Notes: a model not told the origin generated them from the letters alone. Counted from the first letter of the stretch, positions 15,187 to 30,617 are shown. The stretch: DNA of 64,000 nt from Octopus vulgaris (GCA_951406725.2 OX597820.1:48422001-48486000), one strand, 5' to 3'. A program made the numbers and translations.

Positions 15187-15492
15187 CACACACACGCACA
15201 CACACACACACGCACACACACACACACATTCGAAGGCACTCTTTAGCTGTTGTTAAAGCGTAGGTTTAGGAGAAGCTCACTGATATAATAAATCCAGATA
15301 TGAAGGGAATGGCATGGAACATTTGTGGCGCGGTCTTTGATTGCACTTAAAATAATGGCACTACCACAATCTTGAACCTGCGTTCCATATTGACTGTGGG
15401 TATCTTGCCCTGGATCTCTCTCCATGAAGCCAGTAGCGTAGGGAGGACCTGTGTGGTGGTGTGCAAGCCTTATCGGTTCTAAAATTTTAGGC

Positions 15493-15549
<57 letters not shown>

Positions 15550-15618
15550 GTATATATCCATGTATACACACACGCATATACGCAAATACAAATATACATA
15601 CACACATATATAAGCATC

Positions 15619-15980
15619 TATGTCATTATTCAGTTTTATTTCGCGATTTCTTGCGAATAGAGAAGTCGCGTACTAACCTAGATCCAAGGCTCCTTCAATG
15701 GAATTTCAACATCAACAGTGTGTTTTTGTATATATGTATATGTGCAAATTTTTATGTTTTGTTTTACGCGTGTATTTCCATGCATGTCTATACATTGCAA
15801 CTGTGTGCATGAAAATAAACACACATCATATAAAACATATAAATCTGCACATATACATACATATATGCCCTGTTGATGTTGAAATTCCGATGAAGTGGCC
15901 TTGGAGGCCTTGGATCCAGATTAGATAGAAAATGACTGTATTGGCAAGAAATCTTGAAATAAAACTTAATAATGACATAC
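15619..15980. repeat. Old, diverged inverted repeat, ~170-bp arms
   Basis: TATGTCATTATT.AGTTTTATTTC..GATTTCTTGC and GGAATTTCAACATCAACAG each have reverse complements in the right arm. Confidence 0.85.
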
Positions 15981-16317
15981 GTACATACATACATATATAC
16001 ATACATAAATACACAGATACAAATATATAAAGGCTCTACTTCCTCTAAATTTCGAACATACTGTGGGTATACAGCATCTGGAAAGATTCTGTATGTCTAC
16101 GTATTATAAAAAGGCATGTGGAAGCCTACGCGGTGTGCCTGGGGTGCAGTAGTGGCTTACATATATATGTATGTGTGTGTGTGTGTGTGTGTATTGTGTG
16201 TGTGACGTGTACTTTGATACCCTCTGCGCGGCCAATACAGAAAGAATGGCAATAAGAATAACGTTCCTCGGATAATTAGCAATGATCCCATTCAGATTGT
16301 TAATATTTGAGGATTGA

Positions 16318-16950
16318 AAGGCGGCGAGCTAGCAGAAACGTTAGCATGCCGGGCGAAATGCTTAGCGGTTTCCCATCCGTCTTTATGTTCTTGGTACAAA
16401 TTCCGCAGAGGTCGACTTTGCCTTTCATCTTTTCGGGGTCGATAAACTAGATACCAGTTGCGTACTGGGGTCAATCTAATCGACTGGCCCTGTCCCCCAA
16501 AATTTCGGGCCTTGTGCCTTGAGTAGAAAAGTATACTTGAGCAATGAAAGGGAGCGAGCTGACAGAATCGTTATGGCGCGGTTTTCCGTCCGTCTTAACG
16601 TTCTGGGCTCAAATTCCGCAGAGGTCGACTTTGCCTTTCATCCACACGGGGTCGATAAAATAAGTACCAGTGGAGTTCTGGGGTTGATGTAATCGACTTG
16701 CTTCCTCCCCCAACATTGCTGGCTTTGTGTCAAAACTTCAAACCAAAATTTGAGGATTAGAAGTTAGCGAGCAGGCAGAATCGTTACCGCGATGTTATTT
16801 CATCGTTCTGAGTTAAAATTCCACCGATGTCGACTTCGCCTTTTATTTTTCCAGGGTCGATAAAATATGTAACAATTGAGGACTGGTGTTGATAAAATTG
16901 ACTTATTCCTCCCCATAATTTGTTGGATTTTTGCCAAAAATTGAACCCAA
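16318..16950 (+). mobile_element. Three tandem copies of a tRNA-related SINE (starts ~16318, ~16548, ~16761)
   Basis: Each has GCGAGC.[AG].CAGAA.CGTTA..AAATTCC..GTCGACTT.GCCTTT.AT..GGGTCGATAAA; the core resembles the Meta/MESC SINE domain. Confidence 0.85.
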
Positions 16951-17420
16951 TACTTGAAAATTATATGGTGAACTCTTAGAATATCACACATTACATTAAA
17001 TATCTCGTAAATATGTCTATCTCTGAGTGTTTATCGTTCTACCAGTGTGTGTTCATGGAAACGTCTATGCAAGTATTTATCTCCCTCTGCGCGTTAGAGT
17101 TTATCTTCAAAGTCATTACCTGCTGTTATTTGGGTTTTTTGAGAGTCACTAAAACAGAGAACCAAGATAAGCAGAACGGTAAGACGCTGTGATATGTTTG
17201 TCTTTCTGATTGTCTTGAACAGTGTGTTTATCTCTTTGTTTATCGTCATGTATATGTATGTTCCTTATTCCTATCTATCTAGCAATATATATATATATAT
17301 ATATACATGGGGAGATAGAGAGACAGATAGACAGACATACAGAAAGAGAGAAAGAGTAGGGGGTTAGAGAGAAAAAGTAGGGGTGAGAGAGAAAGAGAGC
17401 GATACATATAGATATACATA

Positions 17421-17498
<78 letters not shown>

Positions 17499-17892
17499 CG
17501 TATATTTTTTCAACTATATGATTATAAAAATATTATTATAATTAAGGGCGCTGGAATGCCAGTGACTATACGCTAGAAGTAGATGTCAAATACCTTATAT
17601 ATTTCTCGCTGTATCTCTACTGAGGATTGGAAAGTAATCATCCTTACAGAACATGAAACTTTAAGATATAGGATTATCCGAAATTTTCTAAGTCTTGGTC
17701 ATTAATTCGCATTCGACCTGGGGTTATAAATAGAGAACAAATTTTGAGTGGATTGTAGGTATTTGCATTGTACTTCCTGCGCCCTTAATCATAATTATAT
17801 TTTAATAATTATATACTTAAATTAATTTTACCGATATGGTCATTTTTTTATACGCTAGCCAGTGGCAATGATTCTAATGATTATATCCTCAA

Positions 17893-17946
<54 letters not shown>

Positions 17947-18029
17947 CATACATATCAATGTATGTATGTATGTATGTATGTATGTATGTATGTATGTATG
18001 TATGTATGTATGTATGTATATATATATAT

Positions 18030-19440
18030 AGTAGTAACAGAAAGGAGGAATTTCGATTATCCCCACGTGGTGAGTTGTAATATATATAAGAAATTAAAGA
18101 AGGAAAATATGCATATTTCGCATAGTTTTAATATAATTTTTAATATATCAACCGGTTTCGCTCTCGCTATTCATGATATTATGTTTTACTTATTTGAATA
18201 TGATATTTACGAGTGAATTACTTTACAAGTAGAAAAATAAAGGGAGGTAATTGGTTATCATTATTATTGTTATTCTTGTGGACATGGGAGATAACTGTTC
18301 AGCTTTCGGTAAGGGGAGGAGAATATCTATGTACAGACAAAAAAGAAGGTTTCGAAAAACTTGTTTAGTGAGGGGATTTGTGTACAGTGATATAATCGTG
18401 AATTGAAATATGTAAAAAGAAAAAAAGTTGGTTATGCATGCATATTATGACGTGTTCTGTATTTTTAAATCTAAAAAAGTTTATTTAAACGTTCTTGTGG
18501 AGAGATTGTATCTTTGCACTGGTAGAAGGGGAAAACTGTGTAATTTGGTTTGATGTTATCTGCACATTTTTGTATATGTTCACTGAGAGGAAATTTCCTG
18601 TTTTGCGGGAAACGGATTTTACTCTTTCTGTAGAGTGGTTCTCGCAACCTGAGCAGGTTATTACATAAATTAGGTTCTCAGAGGCACAAGTGAAACCAGC
18701 TTTAATTGTGAACCTCTGCCCTTGTTTGAAAAGGAAATCCGAGCCTTCAAGTAGGTTGGGGCAGGTTCCACAGTTTGGTTGTTTGTAAAGCTTCGCATTT
18801 GTTAGCAGTATCTTTAGCGATTTGTCTTGTTTTTGTATTTGAGGAGTTTGTGTGTTTTCAAGATATCGTTCATTTTTCGATCTCTAGTTAGTAAAGGAGG
18901 ATTTTTCACAATAGTGTTGAATGCCTCACTGTTTCTAAGGTTGGGTGTTGATATAAATAGTAATGTTTTGAGATGAGATGTGGTGCTAAGTTTTGTTGTT
19001 CTTAGTATTTTTATGTCTAATTGTTTGGCACGTTTAATTTTCTCGTCGATAAATGAGGGTGAATATTGTCTTTCTATTAGCGTTGATTTGAGGTCTTGAA
19101 GACGAAAGTCCCGAGTTGTTCTATCAGATACTATTGTGCAAATCCTTTTTGCCAAATTGAAAGGGATATTTATTTTGATGTGTTTCGGATGGGATCAGTT
19201 AAAGAGGAGATATTGTTTTGAATCAGTTGGTTTATAATAGATGTTAGTTATGATTTGATTGTTGACTTTTTTATCATGATGTCTAAAAATTGGAGTTGTT
19301 CTTTGTTATATTCCACTGTGAATTGAATGTTACTTTTTATATCATTTAGTGTTGATTAGAAATCCAAAAGTTTGTCAATGTTCACCTTCCAAATGATAAA
19401 ACAGTCATCCAAGTATCTCTTCCAATTTTCTCTAATGTAG
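18030..19440 (-). mobile_element. 5'-truncated Penelope-like element (RT C-terminus, GIY-YIG, 3' pLTR region)
   Basis: Minus strand reads RENWKRYLDDCFIIW (~19430), YYKPTDSKQYL..HPKHIKINIPFNLAKRICTIVSD, FTCASENLIYVITCSGC (~18670), LSEHIQKCA..FPFYQC. Confidence 0.9.
18145..18179 (-). ncRNA. Minimal type I hammerhead ribozyme-like motif, A3-U8 core variant
   Basis: AUAUC-AUGAAUA-GC GAGA GC-GAAA-CCGG-UU-GAUAU: helix I, core, helix II with GNRA loop, GAAA, palindromic helix III, UH site. About 300 nt downstream of the PLE ORF end, same strand. Confidence 0.65.
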
Positions 19441-19739
19441 AGGTAACCAAGTCACAAATCAACAACTTAGAAACATTCTTCGGTAATTACTCTAAAGTTA
19501 AGTGTTATAAAGTTAAATGTATAACGTACAACACAGCATTAGGGCAAAAATCGTCTTTGCGAAACTTTTCTTCTTTCTCATTGGAAAGGAAATTTCACAA
19601 TATTTTCTGCTTGCTGCGCAGCATGAAAAGGAATACGTGTATATCTATTCGCATGTAAATGAGATCATCTGAGTTTAAACTGAATGCAATTGGCATACAA
19701 ACTATAGAGATTTCTTCCTGAAAAAGCCCATGCTTTGAT

Positions 19740-20090
19740 AGAAGTATTATATAACGTGGTGATGTTTCTACAAAAAGGCACTATCAAATCATATAAGGCT
19801 TGCAAGGCAACTCTTAAAAGAAGCCTCACCAGCACAACACGTCATCATTCTCAATTGGCAAACACTACACCACCTTCAGAGCATATTTGGAAAGCGAAAA
19901 ACAAAGATATAAAAGGTAAAATCTCTACTATGTAATAAACAGTAATAGATAAGGGAAAGGCATACAACTACGAATGGGATAACAATGGTACTCGAAACCA
20001 GACAAAATAGCTATTATGCGTTGCTTTACATTAACCTTACATATAGAAATAGAAAGAAATTCCTGCATTCCAAAATGAGCCCAAAGATCT
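19740..20090 (+). pseudogene. Very degenerate GIY-YIG endonuclease fragment, probably from another PLE clade
   Basis: VLY..TLKR..NTTPPSEHIWKAKNK resembles the NxTxLSxxIWxLK segment of PLE endonucleases. Confidence 0.45.
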
Positions 20091-20494
20091 GTTAGGATTT
20101 GAAAGACAAAACCGTTTAACTGCATAGATTCCTTACATTCTTTTTCATTTGTTATACGTTAGTGTGTAACATCGACTGAAGCTCCATATTGATAGAACAT
20201 AGTTTTGCATTTCAGTAGGTGTATTGCATATGATTTATATATGTTATGCAAACTCACAAACCAGGTGTCCAGGTGCATGCACGTATATTTGAAAACTGCA
20301 AAATATAGATGAACTGGCATGATAAAAAATGTCACCGCCAATACATGTGTGTGTGTGTATGTGTGTTTGTGCGTACGTGCGTGAGTGTGTGTGAATGTAT
20401 GTATATACTTATATATATGCATATATACAATAACAATATATATATATATTAATATATACAGATATATGTGTACGTTTGCAGAATAATGCGTATG

Positions 20495-20543
<49 letters not shown>

Positions 20544-20544
20544 G

Positions 20545-20609
<65 letters not shown>

Positions 20610-21524
20610 ATATATATGTATGTATATATAAATACATGTCCAAATTCTCGTATAAATACGCAAATAAAATTAGGCATACAATCCTGTACACAAAAATATA
20701 TAAAAGTTTATACATACATACGCACACAGACAAACACACACGCATATATAATACATACATATATACATACATACATGCGCACACACAAATATAACCATGC
20801 TTATATATACACGAAGTTAAAAGTCGATTACATGGCGGTTTATCTCTACAAACGCGATATAGTTAATTAAAATCTCATTTAATCGTGATTTTAATATATT
20901 TTTTATAATAGGGGCATTTATCATTTCGAGGCAATTTTCCCAGCTTGAAATATAATTTATATTTTTGACGTTATTCTCTTTTCTCGACTTCAAATAAAAT
21001 TATCAGTGCTTATAATATTTAAAAGAAATCATGATGTATGCAATAAATACCAAAATATACACACAGACACATACATAAGCACACTCACAATAACCACACA
21101 ATTTTAATCACTATCACCCACTCAGAAACAAAACGCATAGAGATTAATTCACGAAACAACCACAAACATGCACATAGAGTCACAAGCAATCACGCATGTA
21201 AAATCACACGCATGCGTCTACACACATAGATACACACACAAATTACATACACATACATATATAAATGCATACATTAACACGCACACACACACTTGTACGT
21301 ATGCATATAAATATCTACTTGTGTGTGTGTGGCTCTCTGCTTACATATGTGGGTATATGTATATGTATGAAATATGTGTAAGCAGCTGTGCATAAAAATA
21401 CATATATACATTTACTTACGTACACACATTTTAATGTACAGCCTGCATATATATGCATCTAAGATCACGCACATTCGGAGATACATCAAGGATTGTGTGT
21501 TTGTGTGTGTGCGTGTGTGTTTTG

Positions 21525-21569
<45 letters not shown>

Positions 21570-21774
21570 ATCTGTCTCTTATACTCTTCTTTTATACACA
21601 CACAAACTTACACACACATATATATATATACATAAACACAAACACATATTGTGTGTAAATGTTGGAGTATATGCACGCTATCATTGTGCATAAATATGAT
21701 AACCAACCAAAAAGAAGCATACACACGTAGAAACACGTAGACTTGCACACGTGTATGAGTATGTGTACGTATAT

Positions 21775-21827
<53 letters not shown>

Positions 21828-22032
21828 GATATGTATATATATATATATCCATATGCATATATATATATATATATATGTGCATATATATAAATATATATTT
21901 ATATGTATATATGTACATATATATATATACATATATATATATATACACATACATACGTACAGAGATACAGGAACATATATGTGTATGTACGTGCATGTGT
22001 GTGTATACTTTACTTATACCTGTATATACCTA

Positions 22033-22262
22033 TTTCTTTACTACCCACAAGGGGCTAAACACAGAAAGGACAAACAAGGACAGACAAACGGATTAAGCCG
22101 ATTACATCGACCCCAGTGTGCAACTGGTACTTAATTTATCGACCCCGAAAGGATGAAAGGCAAAGTCGACCTCGGCGGAATTTGAACTTAGAACGTAGCG
22201 GCGGACGAAATACGGCTACGCATTTCGCCCGGCATGCTAACGTTTCTGCCAGCTCGCCGCCC
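22033..22262 (-). mobile_element. Full-length SINE, same family as 16318
   Basis: Reverse complement: GGCGGCGAGCTGGCAGAAACGTTAGCATGCCGGGCG..GTTCAAATTCCGCCGAGGTCGACTTTGCCTTTCATCCTTTCGGGGTCGATAAA. Confidence 0.9.
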
Positions 22263-22563
22263 TTTATACTTGCATATACCATTCATGAATGCATACATAC
22301 ACATGCGTACACGTATTTACCTACATAACTACTTACGCATATAAATATAAATATGTGCAGGTGACGTAATCCTTCATTTCTTACGTTTCACCCCCAATGC
22401 ATCCTCCATGCGCATTCTCGCACTAAGCAGGCATTGATTTTAGAAACGGAGGCCGTTTTTTTGTAAACGTCTATACGTAATGATTTATCAGGAGTGATGC
22501 TGAATCTTACGGCTTTTCAAACAACGCATCCAAGTTTAGTGCGATGTACAAATGTACAAATTA

Positions 22564-23860
<1,297 letters not shown>

Positions 23861-24335
23861 CCTCGGAAAGTCTATTTTCTACGTATTTCGATCGAATCAA
23901 GAACGAGTTAACGCGTGATCTCATATCGACAATGCAAACTTCATACAATCAAGGTATCTTTAGCCTGATGTGTAGCTTATGGGCTACCCTTCGTTTGGGT
24001 AAATTATTACATCCGGGGTTCCGCTCTGTAGTCTGGGTTTTCTCTACTCCACTCCCTAATATTTTAGATGCTTATTCGCATATACATCAAATCTTGTTGC
24101 TAACTGTGAACAGTAAAAATTAGCTTTTTTCAGCTTATCATACGTCCATACTGGAAAAATTCACAGCCTTCTGCGTTGATAAACCACTATTGTCCCAGAA
24201 ATTCGTTTTTTTCATCTACGAATTGCTTGAAGCTCACTAACTCCCTACACTTTGATCCTTGGATCTTACCTTTACACATACACGCGCGCACACACAAACC
24301 AGCCCCCACCCCACCCAATATATATTTATGTTTAT

Positions 24336-24960
24336 GAAGGGTGTGGCTTAGTCATTAGGATATTCGGTTCATGATCGTTAAGTCATGTGTTCGATCACAG
24401 CGGCGCGTTGTGTCGTTGAGAATAACACTTTATTTCACGTTGATCCAGTCAGCTGGCTAAAATTGATAGTACCTACGCTGTGCCACGCTGAATTCACCCT
24501 AAGAACTATGGTAGTGGTACACGTGTCTGTAGAGTGCTTTGTCATTTACAGATCAATTTCACGAATGAGCTGCTCCCGTTGATCGAATCAACTGGAACCC
24601 TTGTCGTCGTAATTAAAGGAGTGCCACTCACACACACACATACACACACACAGATACAGTACGTGATCGACCACACTCTCGGATGTTGTTATTCATCGCT
24701 GGCCACAATGTCAAACTGCGCTTTTGCAATTTTTGTTTTTAGCTTTCAAACCATCTCACTCCGCTGGCTAGGTAGGCAGGCTGACATTACTCTTCATACG
24801 AGAGGTGGTTTGTCGCAAGATTAACTATTTACAGCTGAAAGGACTGGGACAATATTAAAAGAAATATCTTGCTTAAAAGGACACAACGCGCCGCCGGTCT
24901 TGGAGGCTAAACCACGATCTCACATTCTTGAATGCAACCGCTTTAATCATTAGACCACAC
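24336..24960. mobile_element. Two adjacent degenerate tRNA-derived SINEs, tail to tail (24336-24626 +, 24660-24960 -)
   Basis: Plus copy has TGGCTTAGT..GTTCGATC..TTGAG..ACACTTTATTTCACGTTG, shared with 56751. Minus copy shares its tail with the 35148 SINE. Confidence 0.6.
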
Positions 24961-25201
24961 ACTTTCACTTTATGTCTGTACATATACGTGTGTGTGTATG
25001 TGTATGGTATATGTGTGTGCATATATATGTATATATGCATATATATTTATATGCATATATAAGTATATATGCATATATATATAGCAATTAAGGACAACTT
25101 CTTAATAAGGAAAACTTAACAAGAAATTATCGGGTAGATAGCGTGAAAGACCTCATAAGAGAAAAAATTTCGAAAATAATTCTTTCCTATTGAACATATT
25201 A

Positions 25202-25375
25202 ATTTATATATAGAGGGCATTATTATACATACATGCCACACGCTAAGAGGGACACAATTAGTCATTTCTACCAAAAATTTTACTAGTAAAATTAGTAAAA
25301 TTTTTGGTAGAAATGACTAATTTTGTCCCTCTTAGCGTGTGGCATGTATGTATAATAATGCCCTCTATATATAAA

Positions 25376-25376
<1 letters not shown>
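25202..25376. repeat. Near-perfect palindrome, ~83-bp arms, ~8-nt loop
   Basis: 25202-25284 is the reverse complement of 25293-25376, with one mismatch seen. Confidence 0.95.
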
Positions 25377-25429
<53 letters not shown>

Positions 25430-25432
25430 TAA

Positions 25433-25523
<91 letters not shown>

Positions 25524-25979
25524 TTAAGGTACAGTCAGGCGACAACTTTAAGGACAATAATTATCAAAAATAAGACGTTACATATAAATTATTTACTTCA
25601 GTAAAGTGAATCCGTTAGGCCGAGAGTTTGAGCCTCAACGTTTAACGATACTGATATCTTTAATTATTTAAAATGAAATGTTATTTACATTAACATGACT
25701 TGTTAAAAAAAAATGGAGGGAAGAAGAACTCTTCTACTTGTTCAAGCACGCATCTCACGTCCATATCATGTGATTTTAATCATTTTTCAACAATGGAAGA
25801 GGACATATTGTGTGATTTAATTAAAAGACTATAGCTTCATGCATGCACTCATTCACAGTGGAAATCCATTAGAAAAAACATAATAATATAGGCCCACACA
25901 AACATACATATATACATGCATTATATACATAAACACATGCATATAAATATTTGTATATACATATATGTATATATATTTG

Positions 25980-26043
<64 letters not shown>

Positions 26044-26129
26044 ATACAAAATGAGACAAGAACACAAAACATCCAGATAGGTGATACAAAAAAAACAAGG
26101 ACGGATAATACGGAATTTTCTTTCATGAG

Positions 26130-29110
26130 TCGAGTACCAGATTAGCTTCGCAATTTCGACGAAGGAGAACCAGAGGAGGAAACAAACACTTCGATGGGAG
26201 CTTACTTTGACAAAATTCAGGCCTGACATCTCCATCACTCTGTGTAAACAATCCCATTACAAAGCCAAATGCGAAAATATCGATGGTCAAATTGGAGACG
26301 AAATATCAAAACAAACGACTGGCAATATAGCAGAACAAATGCGAAAACTATGATATCCCAAAAGACAAAAGCAGATCAAGAAAGTTATAGCAACAGAAAC
26401 AACTATTTCTCAACAAATATGCTGCAAATTTTGGTAAAGACTCTAGGACCCTAAGTAATAGCATTGAAAGTGGACAATCCCACCAACGTAACAATCGCCA
26501 GATCCCGTGGCAACATGAACACTCGTTTCACCATAAATTGATGATTTAATACGGCAAGAACTCTTCTCTTTTTTGTACTCAAACACACTAATGCAGACAA
26601 TATGAACAAAAATCACAAACAAGATAGATATACCTCTGGTCAGGCCATTAGGAATAGAAATAATAGATAATTTTCAAGGGCTCAATAGAGATTACCTACA
26701 AGATACTGCGCAAAAATCCGATCTAGATCTGGAAGTAAACCTAGATCATTTCCTATGTTGTTAAAACAATACTAACAAGAAATTGAAAAATAACATAATA
26801 CCAAAAACAGGACAGAAAACACAACGAAACAAATTGAAATACCACAAACAAAACACGAAGTCCATGAAATAAGCATCAACAGGCATAAAAATCATAAACA
26901 GAGAATAATCCATTTTTTAACGTCGGACAACAAACATCGCAGAAAGAAAAAATCCAAGATGTAACATATCTAAAACCACTAAACGTATTGATCCTAAAAT
27001 AATTAAGTTATCCAAAAGAGATCTTAACAATGATGAATTCCAACTTCTGTCGAACTTCAATATCCTTCTGCTCAACCTACACCAATAGTCAACCACCAAG
27101 AACTAAAAGAGGATATCTACACATTGTCGTAGGTTACTAATAAAAGTAATGAGATTGATGAACCCCTAGTAAGAAAATAGATCGAACTTCACCCCATCAA
27201 AAAGGAGGAATAACTATCTTGACCAATACATTGATATGCTGTCTAAATTTCCCCTTAGACGCAACACTAATGTTTGGCGAAACATTAACAAATCGGAGAC
27301 GTCTGTACTTAAACGTATGCAAAACGATCAGACAATGATAATTAAAAAGCAGATAAAGGGAGTGCAATTGTTATTATGGCCGCCGAATACTACAAGGATT
27401 TGGCTGAGGATCAACTGCAGGACACAACCTGTCGTGAAATAACTTCAAATATAGACCGCTACATCAGGAAGAATATCAACAACCTGGTGTCAAAACGCAA
27501 CTTACTGATAATGAAAAAGAGTACATCACCAATTTCGTACCAAAACGCAGCAACTTCTACGGTTTACCAAAAATAGATAAGTCAAAAGATATTCAACATG
27601 CAGTAAAAGAACAAGAAAGAGAGTACATACACTTACTATATCCAAAAGACTTAAAACTTAGATCTATTATAGATGGTCCAGCATGCCCTACCCATCGCCT
27701 AAGCAATTTTATTGACATAGTTTTGAAGCCACTATGTATCTACATACCTAGTTTCATCCGGGATCACATCGACTTTTTTTCCTTAAACGAATTCACTTTT
27801 ACTTAGTTTTGATGTGGAAAGCCTTTGCACCAACATTCCACATGATTAAGGAACAAAGACGATTAAATACTGGGAAGAAAACATGATTCCCATCAAATTC
27901 ACAGTGCAATCTATATTGTACATAGTTAGACCTATACTGGAAAACAACCCATTCTTTTTCAATGGAAAGATTTACATCCAAATTAAAGGCACGGCGATGT
28001 GAACGAGATTTGCTCCCGTTAACGCGCACTCTGTAATGTGATACTTGGAACAACAACTCTACCAAAAAGTAGAGGAAAGCTATAGCACTATATTTAGAAA
28101 GTATATTGAAAAGGCATGGAAAAGATACCTTGACGACTGCTTCATAATCTGAACAGAATCTCTAAATACTCTGGAAGAGTTCAATATCCTCTTGGACAAA
28201 CTACACTCATCTCTACAATTTACAAGAGTGATCAGTAGTAACAAATTACCATTCTTTACCAAAAATATATACTATGAACACACGGATACTCATCAATACA
28301 GGAAATTTAAGTCGTGCCATCCACCACATACAAAACGCAAGATCCCATATTTCCTAATCAGAAGAATATGTACCATTGTAGTAGATACGAATATAAGGAA
28401 CAAACGCCAAACAGAAGTAAGAGGAATTTTGCTCAAACAAAAATACCCGTCTCTACTTATAGACAATGGCAGACAGCGGCTTATAAAAATACCCATATAA
28501 CAAATGAGGACAACCTACAGAAGAAGGAAACAAGAACAAGTCATACCATTTATAGTAACACACAGCCCATGTCACCAGAATATCTTCAACATTGCTAAAG
28601 CAAATATACCAATCATTGATCAAAGTAATGAATTAAAAGATATAATCACGGATCGAGATGTGGTTCTTACTAAAAGACAGCATAAAAACTTGTACAAAAT
28701 TATTAACAAAGGCAAAGTTTGATCTTAGCAACGAAGACCAATCATTCACTGTATCTAAATGCAATGATAGCCGAGTGGCACATGCCAGTTCATACATACG
28801 GGCCAATATATGAACACAAAAGCCGGAAAAATATTCACGAACGCAAATATGAACTGCAAAAGCAGAAATTTAATTTACTGCATCAAATACCCAAATTGTG
28901 AAGATCAATATGTGGGTCAGACTGTACTATCAGAACCTTTACATGTGCAAATTAGAAACCCAGAACTCCGTCAGTTACTCTTGAACAACATGTGGTCGCA
29001 AAATATTTATAAGTTTTCCATTCCACAAACTACACAGTACAAATGAAATCTAGAGAAAAATCAGAGAAAAGAACTTTATTAATAAATTCCAACTCAAGCT
29101 AAATAAACAA
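26130..29110 (+). mobile_element. Decayed Penelope-like retroelement (RT + GIY-YIG), many stops and frameshifts
   Basis: In order: KLSKRDLNNDEFQLL (~27000), ADKGSAIVIM (~27350), FYGLPKI, SFDVESLCTNIP, QIKGTAM, WKRYLDDCFII (~28120), SCHPPHTKRKIP..RRICTIV, GIY-YIG NLIYCIKYPNCEDQYVGQT (~28870). The 5' boundary is approximate. Confidence 0.9.
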
Positions 29111-29429
29111 CAACAACAACAACAACAATAATAATAATTATATAGGTACTATTTCTACTGCTACGGCAACTACCACTTACAATTACAATAATTCTAAAGA
29201 TATGCATGATGACGATAGCAGGAAAATACTACCTAAATCTAGAGAAACGTCAGTAAAAATAATCTTACTGAGGTTCTAAAGTTCTATTACCATAGCTACA
29301 CCTAACACCACCACAATCACAACCACAACCACCACCACCACCAGCACCAATGACAACAATATTAAAGGTGATGATAACGGTGATAATGATTATTGAAATG
29401 TAAAAACTCCCTGGAAATATTTACATTTC

Positions 29430-29693
29430 CAAAAAATAGCCAAAGCAATTACTGAACTGAAGGGAAGGATTATGGCAGCATTAAACAAGGTGACCGTCCA
29501 GAAGAGTTGCAGGAGATTCCGAAGTCGTCTAAAAGCCGCGGATGAAGTCAATGGCGACTTTATCGAATAAATTTACTCTAGTATTTCAAGATATTTTTAT
29601 GTAATTTTGGTAAATATGTCTGTTACAATGCGACGTCAGTGTTATTTTCACTTTTGCATTATTTAGATGACAGTTTATTCAACCAACCCCTGT
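29430..29693 (+). mobile_element. 3' end of a Tc1/mariner-superfamily (maT-like) element
   Basis: ELKGRIMAA..KSCRRFRSRLKA..NGDFIE*, followed by a terminus ..ACCCCTG. Confidence 0.6.
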
Positions 29694-29806
29694 GCGTAAG
29701 TGTGTGTGTGTGTTTGTGTGTACATATACATACATATGTATATATATTATATATATACACATGCATACATACATACATATATATATATATATACATACAT
29801 ACCCAC

Positions 29807-29850
<44 letters not shown>

Positions 29851-30204
29851 TAACAAGCGTGGTCATATTGAAATAGTCACGTCTGTTTCGAACATTCATC
29901 GATATTGAGGACATAGTGCAATATTTAGAATGGATTGGATGATTTTAAAGAATTATGAACTCAGTCTATCCAATAATTTCTTTCATTAGCAGTTATGATC
30001 TGAGGAATTTGAAGCCACATTTGTTTCATTCCATCCATCCATTCATCCATACATACACGCGCGCACACATATATATGTATATATACATCCATGTATCAAT
30101 CTATCTTCGTATATATAAATATATATATATATATATATGAGCACACGCACATATAAACAACGATATATGGCAAATGAAAGGTAAATGGAATATCTATATA
30201 TCTA

Positions 30205-30244
<40 letters not shown>

Positions 30245-30487
30245 GGTGATAAAAGAAGACTCTTTAATATTTAAATAACGTAATAACATGTATATTTACT
30301 CTGACACCTAATTGTTTTTAATTATTTTTTAATACTTCATTTGGGATTTTGCTGCTAATATATTTTCATTTCCGCATTGTTTTTATATATATATTTCAGT
30401 ATAATTTGAAGCACGAATGTTGAGAGCATATATATATACATACACACACACACACACACATTTATATATATATATACACGCTTGTTA

Positions 30488-30550
<63 letters not shown>

Positions 30551-30563
30551 CACACACACACAC

Positions 30564-30617
<54 letters not shown>

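Noticed and set aside
16300-16960. CRISPR-like repeat-spacer array
   Set aside because: Units are >200-bp SINEs in eukaryotic DNA; no cas genes or short regular repeats.
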